Source of the DNA: Gammaproteobacteria bacterium RIFCSPHIGHO2_12_FULL_35_23
GTDB lineage: Bacteria > Pseudomonadota > Gammaproteobacteria > UBA12402
Reading direction: 5' to 3'
Assembly: GCA_001801465.1 (NCBI GenBank)
Contig: MGXT01000017.1
Coordinates: forward strand, 22,362-86,361
Length of the DNA: 64,000 bases
Shown here: positions 41,423-49,442 of the stretch, in pieces
Layout: each line of letters begins with the position of its first letter
Numbering within the stretch: position 1 is the stretch's first letter
Made by a program: the position numbers and the translations under genes
Notes under the pieces: model-generated
The model's input: the letters and a program-made list of their open reading frames with translations, nothing else
What the model was told of the DNA's origin: nothing
The model's database searches: none

Positions 41423-42772
41423 TTACCTTTTTAGTAAAGCGATTGATTCCACATGACTGGTATGAGGAAACATATCCAAAATACCAATTTTTTCTAAAAC
41501 AAAACCTTGTTGATTCACTAATACGTTTAAGTCTCTAGCTAAGGTTGCCGGGTTGCAAGAAACATAGACGATATGAGTAATAGTAGCGAATTTTTCAAAA
41601 GATTGCACAATTTCTAAAGCCCCGCTTCTTGCTGGATCTAATAAGAGTTTATTATAAGGCAGTGCAGCCCAGGGCTTTTGATCAAGAGGTTGACTCAAAT
41701 CACAGGTATAAAAACTGACATTATTTAATTGATTATGCTGGGCATTCAGGGTTGCTCGTTCTACAGCTTTAGTATTGCCTTCAACTCCTACAACTTGTTT
41801 AGCTAACGTTGCCATAGGCAGAGTAAAATTTCCAAGCCCACAAAATAAATCTAAAATAAGATCTTGTTCATTGGTGGCTAATAATTCGTTGACTAAATCT
41901 ATTAACTGCAGATTGATAGACATATTAATCTGGGTGAAATCACTAGGATGAAATAATAGCTCTAATTGGTAATAGGGAATACGATAACTCAGTAAAGGAC
42001 ACTCAGTTGGTGAGCCTAACAGATGAATTGAATCTAAGCCTTTGGGTTGTAAGTAAATAGTGAGATGATGGGTTTCAGAAAAAGCTTTTAATAAGTTATT
42101 ATCTGCTTGAGATAATGGTTTTAAATGCCTGAAAATTAAAGCAGTCTTATCATCCCCCACAGCCACTTCTAATTGTGCTATGTCAAAAGGAATGCTGAGT
42201 GTACTAATTAATTCGCGTAGTGGTTTAATAATTTTACCTACTGTGGGATTTAAAATAGCACAGTGTTCAATTTCAGTGATAAAGCTCTTTTGGCGTTCAC
42301 GAAAACCTACTAAAGGTAAGCCTTTCTTAGGGACATTGCGTACGCCTAATCTTGCTTTATTGCGATAGCCTTGTTGTAAACCAACCACGGGTGACATAAC
42401 TGTGTTAGCTTTAACATTGCCAAAGTGTTTAAGCTGTTCTAATAAAGTTGATTGTTTGTGAGCCATTTGTGCTGTATGAGACATATGTTGTAAAGAGCAG
42501 CCACCACAAACAGTAAAATATTCGCAGAAAGGGCTAAGGCGCTCTGGGGCGGGAGAGAGTATTTTGATAGCTTTTCCTTCAGCAAAACTTGATTTATGGT
42601 AGGTATATTCAAATTCCGCCTCCTCACCAATCAAGGTATAGGGGATAAAAGTGGTTTTGTTATTAACAGTGGCAATACCTCGGCCATCATGGCTAAGCCC
42701 ATGAATTTGTGCAATAAAAGTACCTTGTGGGAGCTTGGATTTATGTTTATGGCGCATAATAGTTGGTCTCAA
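41423..42772 (-). CDS. rlmD: 23S rRNA (uracil1939-C5)-methyltransferase RlmD (RumA)
   Basis: 449 aa. N-terminal TRAM domain, Fe-S Cys cluster (CEYFTVCGGCSLQH), C-terminal SAM-dependent MTase (LDLFCGLGNFTLP). Conserved neighbour of relA. Confidence 0.8.
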   Translation of the reverse strand: MRPTIMRHKHKSKLPQGTFIAQIHGLSHDGRGIATVNNKTTFIPYTLIGEEAEFEYTYHKSSFAEGKAIKILSPAPERLSPFCEYFTVCGGCSLQHMSHTAQMAHKQSTLLEQLKHFGNVKANTVMSPVVGLQQGYRNKARLGVRNVPKKGLPLVGFRERQKSFITEIEHCAILNPTVGKIIKPLRELISTLSIPFDIAQLEVAVGDDKTALIFRHLKPLSQADNNLLKAFSETHHLTIYLQPKGLDSIHLLGSPTECPLLSYRIPYYQLELLFHPSDFTQINMSINLQLIDLVNELLATNEQDLILDLFCGLGNFTLPMATLAKQVVGVEGNTKAVERATLNAQHNQLNNVSFYTCDLSQPLDQKPWAALPYNKLLLDPARSGALEIVQSFEKFATITHIVYVSCNPATLARDLNVLVNQQGFVLEKIGILDMFPHTSHVESIALLKR

Positions 42773-42795
42773 TCAGTAAAATGCTTGAATCTTAA

Positions 42796-43527
<732 letters not shown>

Positions 43528-43933
43528 TTATTGTTTAACTTACCTGCTGATAGCATAGCTTGTAGAGCTAAGAGTTAATTATTTTTTTAAATAAATTTTT
43601 GTAAATAAAAATTTATTTAGCGCTTATTTTTAAGTGTTAACCCACTTTTAGTGAGTGAAAAATTTATTTGCATAGACTATCAACTCAAGAAAAAGCATTT
43701 ACAAAAGTTAAAAATAAATTTATAATTTTCCCATAGTCGAAATGAAATTAAAAATTCCCATCATCAACTGTTGATAGTTAAAAAATAACAACAAAAAACA
43801 GAGAATAGCGTGCCAAAAAAAGCCTCGGGGGACAAGCAGATTATTAATTTTTCTGTGGAGGTATTAAGTTAAATAAACAATCATGACAATTTTAGAGGAC
43901 ATTTTATTTTTATTTACTTTGGAGGTATTGATT

Positions 43934-44167
43934 ATGCAAATGGCAGAAAACATTCAAGACAAATCAGAAGAATTAGGAAAAAAAGCACAAGATAAAATGA
44001 AAAACTTTACTGATAAAGCTTCTGATAAATTCCAGCAAGCACAAGATCAAATAGTACAATCTTCAGAAGAATGGGTTGGTTATGTAAAAGATCATCCATT
44101 TCAGATTGCTGCTTTAACAGGTCTTGCTTGTTTTTTAGCAGGACGTATTAGTAAAAATACGCATTAA
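43934..44167 (+). CDS. ElaB/YqjD-family (DUF883) membrane-anchored ribosome-associated protein
   Basis: About 77 aa from ATGCAAATGGCAG (GGAGGT SD 7 nt upstream). Charged helical N-terminus and C-terminal TM (FQIAALTGLACFLAGRI), characteristic of ElaB/YqjD/YgaM. Confidence 0.55.
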   Translation: MQMAENIQDKSEELGKKAQDKMKNFTDKASDKFQQAQDQIVQSSEEWVGYVKDHPFQIAALTGLACFLAGRISKNTH

Positions 44168-44283
44168 AAAAATGGATAACAACTTCAGTTTATCGACTGA
44201 AGTTGTTATACAAGCAAAATTGATCTTTTCATAACCATATACTTAATTCAGCAGGGTTAAACTATTATAGTGAGAGAAGTGTT

Positions 44284-44646
44284 ATGCAAGATGAGAAAAA
44301 CTATTCTTTAATTGAAAACATCCTAACTCAAGTACAATTATTTTTACTACTCATTAAACAAGAGTCACGTTTAGCACTTGCTTGTATCAATGCTATTATT
44401 TCATTGTTAGCCTTTAAGTTGATTATAATTTTTTCAATTTGGATTAATTTAGGTTTATTACTGGGCTATTTATTTTATAAATTAACCAATAGTTTTCCTT
44501 TGACGGTTAGTTTAGATCTAAGCGTAAATCTTATTTTTTATCTTTTTGCTTCATTACTTAGTAAATACTTATGGAATAATTTGTTTTTTAAAGCCACTCG
44601 CAGGCAATTATTTATAAGGAACAACGATGTTACTGAATATAATTAA
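44284..44646 (+). CDS. YqjE-like inner membrane protein (DUF1469 family)
   Basis: 120 aa, two TM helices. Position after the elaB/yqjD homologue mirrors the E. coli yqjD-yqjE-yqjK operon. Confidence 0.4.
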   Translation: MQDEKNYSLIENILTQVQLFLLLIKQESRLALACINAIISLLAFKLIIIFSIWINLGLLLGYLFYKLTNSFPLTVSLDLSVNLIFYLFASLLSKYLWNNLFFKATRRQLFIRNNDVTEYN

Positions 44647-44929
44647 ATTAAAATACGAGATTTATTTAACAGAAAAAAGCTTATTTCGATTGCGGAAAAA
44701 TTATAAAAAGTGGCCAATTGCCCATTGGTTAGCAAAGGTATTAACAATCGCCATTCCTTTTTCTGGATTACTTTTGCTAAAAAGAGTGAGGGGCTTACTA
44801 AGCAAAATCAGCTCGGTTATTAAAACCGCTATTAGCAGTTTTATTTTCAATACTACACAAGCATTTCTTAAGGGGTTAATGGGACGCTTTTTAATAAGAA
44901 GTATGAATAGAAGAAGCGGGATTAATTAA
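44627..44929 (+). CDS. YqjK-like small protein
   Basis: 100 aa. Overlaps the preceding ORF by 20 nt. Third gene of the yqjDEK-like operon. Confidence 0.35.
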   Translation: MLLNIIKLKYEIYLTEKSLFRLRKNYKKWPIAHWLAKVLTIAIPFSGLLLLKRVRGLLSKISSVIKTAISSFIFNTTQAFLKGLMGRFLIRSMNRRSGIN

Positions 44930-44952
44930 TGTATGTCGCTTGGTAAGATAAT

Positions 44953-44984
44953 AAAAAAAGCCGCAATAAATGCGGCTTTTATTA
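44953..44984. terminator. bidirectional rho-independent terminator
   Basis: AAAAAAAG-CCGCA-ataaa-TGCGG-CTTTTATT between convergent stops (44929 + and 44999 -). Stem AGCCGCA/TGCGGCT flanked by A- and T-tracts. Confidence 0.7.
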
Positions 44985-44998
44985 AAGTAATCCGGTGA

Positions 44999-45184
44999 TT
45001 ACTTCTTAGCTGCTTTCTTTTTAGAAGGTCTTTTAGCAGCCTTTCTTTTAGCTGGTTTTTTCTTAGCAGCAGGTTTTCTTTTTGCTGCTGGTCTTTTCTT
45101 TTTAACAGCTACTTTTTTCTTAGCAGCAGGCTTTCTTTTTGTAGTTGTTTTTTTCTTTGCAGATTTTTTCGTAGGCATTTCCAT
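44999..45184 (-). CDS. histone H1-like Lys/Ala-rich basic DNA-binding protein (Hc1/Hq1/BpH1/AlgP-tail-like)
   Basis: 61 aa, essentially all K/A/P/R (MEMPTKKSAKKKTTTKRKPAAKKKVAVKKKRPAAKRKPAAKKKPAKRKAAKRPSKKKAAKK). Own terminator downstream. About 200 bp of AT-rich promoter region upstream. Confidence 0.6.
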   Translation of the reverse strand: MEMPTKKSAKKKTTTKRKPAAKKKVAVKKKRPAAKRKPAAKKKPAKRKAAKRPSKKKAAKK

Positions 45185-45394
45185 ATCTCCATGTTAGTCA
45201 ATAAAAATGATAACCACGTAGCTAGTGTATAGGGAAAAATTTGTTCTGCAAACTTTTTTTGCTATTTTTTTCAAGAAAATAGATATTTTTTATCAAAATA
45301 AGTAAGAAATCTTTCGAAATTAATAATTTTTTGTTTACTTATGAGGTATTTTTGATAATTCTGAGAGAGGAAAATTTATTTTTTGGAGGTAAAA

Positions 45395-45910
45395 ATGAAA
45401 GTTAAAGCAAAAATTTTACGTTTACTAGGGATAACCGGTGCACTTTTTTTTATTTTTACGAGGGTTCAGGCGGTAACTTTAACGCCAGTAGGGTATTGGC
45501 AGCAGATTAGTGATACCACTAATAAAATACATAGTATAGTACAAATTTGGGAAGAGAATAATCAGTTAAAGGGCAAAGTTGTAAGAGGATTTGGACAAAA
45601 TGGGCAGCCGCCAAAAGAATTTTGTACTAATTGCCCAACGCAATTTAATAATCAACCGATTGTAGGTATGACGATTATGTGGGGCATGCAATATAATCCC
45701 AATCATAGTCGTTGGGAGGGCGGCCAAATTTTAGATCCTGATACCGGTAATATTTATAAAGCTAATATGACTCTAATTAATGGTGGTCAACGCTTATCTT
45801 TACGGGGTTATATCGGTATTCCTTTATTAGGCCGTTCACAAACTTGGCTTAGAATTCCACCGAATCAAGTTAAACAAGAACTTTCAAAAAATTGGCAACC
45901 ACAAGATTAA
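45395..45910 (+). CDS. DUF2147-domain periplasmic protein
   Basis: About 171 aa from the ATG at 45395 (the listed ORF uses an upstream TTG). Signal peptide, then the DUF2147/COG4731 core (GYWQQISD.....SIVQIWEENNQLKGKVV ... GGQILDPDTGNIYKANMTL). Confidence 0.55.
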   Translation: MKVKAKILRLLGITGALFFIFTRVQAVTLTPVGYWQQISDTTNKIHSIVQIWEENNQLKGKVVRGFGQNGQPPKEFCTNCPTQFNNQPIVGMTIMWGMQYNPNHSRWEGGQILDPDTGNIYKANMTLINGGQRLSLRGYIGIPLLGRSQTWLRIPPNQVKQELSKNWQPQD

Positions 45911-45915
45911 AAATA

Positions 45916-47403
45916 ATGGAACGATATATACTTGCAATTGATCAGGGCACGACTTCCAGTCGTGCTATTTTATTTAATGAGTTAGGTCGTAATGTTGCTA
46001 AAGCGCAACAAGAGTTTGCTCAGTATTTTCCAAATAATGCTTGGGTAGAACACGATCCTGAGGAAATTTGGCAATCTACTTTAACGGCCTGCAAACAAGT
46101 CATGAAATTTGCTACTATCAGGGCAAAACAAATTGCTGCTATTGGTATCACTAATCAACGTGAAACTACGGTGTTATGGGATCGAGAAACAGGCAAACCT
46201 TTGTATCATGCGATCGTTTGGCAAGATAGACGAACTACAGATTTTTGTGCCGAGCTAAAAGCACGAGACCCTAATATAGAAGCGACTATTTATTCTAAAA
46301 CAGGCCTATTATTGGATCCTTATTTTTCAGCAAGTAAATTATCCTGGTTATTAGATCATATTGAAGGGGCAAGAGAAAAAGCTAAACAGGGTAAGTTGGC
46401 GTTTGGTACGATTGATTCATTTTTACTCTATCGCTTTACAAGGGGTAAGAATCATCTTACAGATATTACTAATGCTTCTCGTACAATGCTATGTAATCTT
46501 AAAACACTTCAATGGGATGAAGATTTGCTTAAACTATTTAATATTCCTCGAAGCGTATTACCAGAGATTCGTGATAATTGTTTTGATTTTGGTATGGTAG
46601 CAAAAGAAATTTTTGGTATCGAAATACCCATTACAGGTATGGCAGGCGATCAACAAGCTGCTTCCATAGGACAAGCTTGTTTTCATCAAGGTATGGTAAA
46701 AAGTACTTTTGGTACGGGGTGTTTTGTCATGGTTCATACTGGCAATAACATTATTCATTCAAAAAATCGTTTGTTGACAACAATTATGTCTCGTATAGAG
46801 GGTAAAACTACTTATGCCCTAGAGGGTAGTATTTTTATTGCTGGTGCGGCCGTAAAATGGCTTCGTGATAAATTAGGTATAATTCGAGAGGCTAGAGAAA
46901 CTGAAGTGATTGCGCGCAGTATTAGCTCAACACAAGGCGTTTATTTAGTACCAGCGTTTACAGGTCTTGGGGCGCCTTATTGGCGACCAGAAGCACGAGG
47001 AGCCATAGTAGGAATTACCAGAGATACAGGCAAGGCAGAAATAGTACGCGCGGTATTAGAGGCAGTTGGTTATCAAACTCGCGATTTATTTAGTGCTATA
47101 AGTCAAGATGGTTGTTATACCAACAATATGTTTAGAGTAGACGGTGGTATGGTAGAAAATAATTGGCTATTGCAATTTTTAGCTGATATATTAAACATTA
47201 ATATTGAGCGTCCGGTTTGTATTGAAACAACAGCGTTAGGCGCAGCTTATTTAGCTGGATTGCAAATTGGTTATTTTAGTTCATTTGAGCAAATTGAAAG
47301 ATTGTGGCAAAAAGATGCTACTTTCAATCCTAAGATGGCTAATAATGAACGCGAAATTTTATATCAAGGTTGGCAAAATGCTGTACAGCAAATTTGCTTA
47401 TAG
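45916..47403 (+). CDS. glpK: glycerol kinase
   Basis: About 496 aa from MERYILAIDQGTTSSRAILF (FGGY kinase N-terminal signature). Confidence 0.9.
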   Translation: MERYILAIDQGTTSSRAILFNELGRNVAKAQQEFAQYFPNNAWVEHDPEEIWQSTLTACKQVMKFATIRAKQIAAIGITNQRETTVLWDRETGKPLYHAIVWQDRRTTDFCAELKARDPNIEATIYSKTGLLLDPYFSASKLSWLLDHIEGAREKAKQGKLAFGTIDSFLLYRFTRGKNHLTDITNASRTMLCNLKTLQWDEDLLKLFNIPRSVLPEIRDNCFDFGMVAKEIFGIEIPITGMAGDQQAASIGQACFHQGMVKSTFGTGCFVMVHTGNNIIHSKNRLLTTIMSRIEGKTTYALEGSIFIAGAAVKWLRDKLGIIREARETEVIARSISSTQGVYLVPAFTGLGAPYWRPEARGAIVGITRDTGKAEIVRAVLEAVGYQTRDLFSAISQDGCYTNNMFRVDGGMVENNWLLQFLADILNINIERPVCIETTALGAAYLAGLQIGYFSSFEQIERLWQKDATFNPKMANNEREILYQGWQNAVQQICL

Positions 47404-47421
47404 TTGGAAAGGAGAGCCATC

Positions 47422-47775
47422 ATGCAGAAATTTTTTGTATGTATTATTCTAGTAGGACTTAGCTTTATTCTTTCAGCTTGTAATACCACTCGTTTTGCTT
47501 ATCCAAATGGCAATAGTAAATTTACAGTTCTTGCAGCTTCTAATTCCCCTGTGGAAAGTGATAATCGTGCTTATAGTAAAGCACAGTCGATATGCAATAA
47601 TTTTGCTGCTACGCCTAGCATTATTCAGGTAGATCGAGTACCCAATAGCGTTTCTCAGATTTTTATCGGTAATCAAGTAGTTTATATAACGCCTGCTTAT
47701 CAGAAAAATGATTATATGACAATTATGCAAATTCAGTGTGTTCCCAAACCAGTGCCTAAAAATAATTCCAAATGA
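47422..47775 (+). CDS. putative lipoprotein, unknown function
   Basis: About 117 aa from ATGCAGAAA (GGAGAG SD). Lipobox LSFILSAC. Confidence 0.45.
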   Translation: MQKFFVCIILVGLSFILSACNTTRFAYPNGNSKFTVLAASNSPVESDNRAYSKAQSICNNFAATPSIIQVDRVPNSVSQIFIGNQVVYITPAYQKNDYMTIMQIQCVPKPVPKNNSK

Positions 47776-47886
47776 TCATTTTTTGTAGAAAAACATCTTC
47801 AAGAATAGCTGGTTGTTGCTTAATTTTTTTTTAAAATACTTGTTTAAATTGTTTGTTATTATCGTGAAAGATTACGAGTAGGTAGG

Positions 47887-48738
47887 ATGAGCATGAAAAA
47901 ATTTGGATTAACTATATTATTACTAAGTGTTTTATCTCTGAGTACTTATTCAGTTTTGGCAGAAACTGCCATTACAAAAGGAGCTTTTTCTTTAACACCT
48001 TTTGCCTCTTATTATAGCTTTTCTAGTAAGCGGCATTTAAAAAGTGGCGGTGGTTTAGGTTTAGGGCTTGCTTATTATTTTAACAATAACTGGGCAACAG
48101 AGTTGAGTGGTAGTGAATTTGCTACTAAACAAAGTCGCTTGCCTGAAAAAAGTGTAGATGGGCAGTATATAACATTAAATGGCCTTTATTATTTTAGATC
48201 AGGAATGGGTTTTAGACCTTATCTTTCAGCAGGAATTGGTGCGTCACATTTTAGCCGTAATAGTAATAACAATCCAAGTACTCAGGGCAATGTGGGAGTA
48301 GGTGGAGGAGTTATTTATTTCATTGATCAATCTATTGCTTTACGTGCAGGTGCCAACGATTATTATAATTTAACAGGGAGTGGTAATAATGATGTGGCCC
48401 TACAAGGCGGAGTAAGTTTTTATTTTGGTGACCGTGGTGATGAATCTTCTGGCACTTCAACTGAAGAGGCTGCTCAAGAAACCGCCGAAAATGTTTATGT
48501 ATTGCCTGATGAGTCAGAAACTAATGCGAGCGATATCACAACGCCAAGCACTACTCCTGCTTCTTCAGCAAAACAAAAACAAGCTTTTATTGCTGCAGCT
48601 GCAATAGAGGCTAGTAAATCTACTCCAAATACGAAAGCAGTAGCTTCAACTCCTACTCAAAAAGCTTCAAATAGTAGTGATAATACCTCTCAGAAAGTTA
48701 ATACAAATAACCCAGACAATAATAATTTATATAATTGA
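47887..48738 (+). CDS. outer-membrane beta-barrel protein (OmpA-like 8-strand barrel / OMP_b-brl) with Ser/Thr/Asn-rich C-terminal tail
   Basis: 283 aa. Signal peptide (..SVLA-ETA). About 160 aa with alternating aromatic/Gly beta-strand pattern (GLGLGLAYYF, GLYYFRSG, GVSFYFG), then about 100 aa of low-complexity S/T/N/A. No OmpA_C peptidoglycan-binding domain. Confidence 0.5.
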   Translation: MSMKKFGLTILLLSVLSLSTYSVLAETAITKGAFSLTPFASYYSFSSKRHLKSGGGLGLGLAYYFNNNWATELSGSEFATKQSRLPEKSVDGQYITLNGLYYFRSGMGFRPYLSAGIGASHFSRNSNNNPSTQGNVGVGGGVIYFIDQSIALRAGANDYYNLTGSGNNDVALQGGVSFYFGDRGDESSGTSTEEAAQETAENVYVLPDESETNASDITTPSTTPASSAKQKQAFIAAAAIEASKSTPNTKAVASTPTQKASNSSDNTSQKVNTNNPDNNNLYN

Positions 48739-49290
48739 ATTAGCTGCTGGTTCTCTTAACCTTTCGACGACTGATAATCTACTTGAACGGAATTGAGATT
48801 GTCTTAATACATATATTAAAAAAGCCTGAAAGCCAGTGGGAGTTAAAATCATATCTAAAAAAATATTACTATGAAAAAAATAGCCAAGAGGCCTTAATCT
48901 ATTACTAGGTGATGGACTTCTTCTAAGAGCTAATTCATGTCCATGAGATGTAGTAGCCTCGCTTTCTGTTTGTAATATTCTAGGATCAGAACGTATTAGT
49001 TCTTCTAAGATGTTGGTAGAAGATGGATTACAAATGTTTTCATAGGGAAACTTTAAAAACTCATTTAAAGCGTTCATTATATCTGAAAAAAGTTGTATAG
49101 ATTTTTTACCTGCTCTAATCATTTGTTGCCCACATGGTAAAGTATTAAAACGTAATGAACGGGAAATTTCTGGAAATTTAACTTGAATTAAAAATTGTTT
49201 TACTGCAGAAGCATATTCAGGATTTTGCTTAGCAAAAAGACGAAGCATTTTGACATTATTAAGCCCAATAGAACTAAGAGGAGTAATCAT
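48727..49290 (-). CDS. hypothetical protein, paralogue B of the MITPLS.IG family
   Basis: 187 aa. N-terminal approximately 90 aa are about 50% identical to the ORF at 52148-52594 (MITPLSSIGLNNVKMLRLFAKQNPEYASAVKQ.. vs MITPLSAIGRSSVKMLTLFAKQCPKYANAIKQ..; shared FN.LPC motif). TAAGG SD. The C-terminal 45 aa may be read-through into the convergent OMP gene. Confidence 0.5.
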   Translation of the reverse strand: MITPLSSIGLNNVKMLRLFAKQNPEYASAVKQFLIQVKFPEISRSLRFNTLPCGQQMIRAGKKSIQLFSDIMNALNEFLKFPYENICNPSSTNILEELIRSDPRILQTESEATTSHGHELALRRSPSPSNRLRPLGYFFHSNIFLDMILTPTGFQAFLIYVLRQSQFRSSRLSVVERLREPAANSII

Positions 49291-49442
49291 AATTAAAACC
49301 TTATTTAATTTATTAATATTTTAAAATAGCCTATTTTAGCATAAAAAATTACCATTTTACTAAGATAAAAATGCTATTTATCTTAGTGAGTAAGGAATTG
49401 ATTTTCTTATTTGTTACTAATCGCTTTAATATTAATCTCAAA

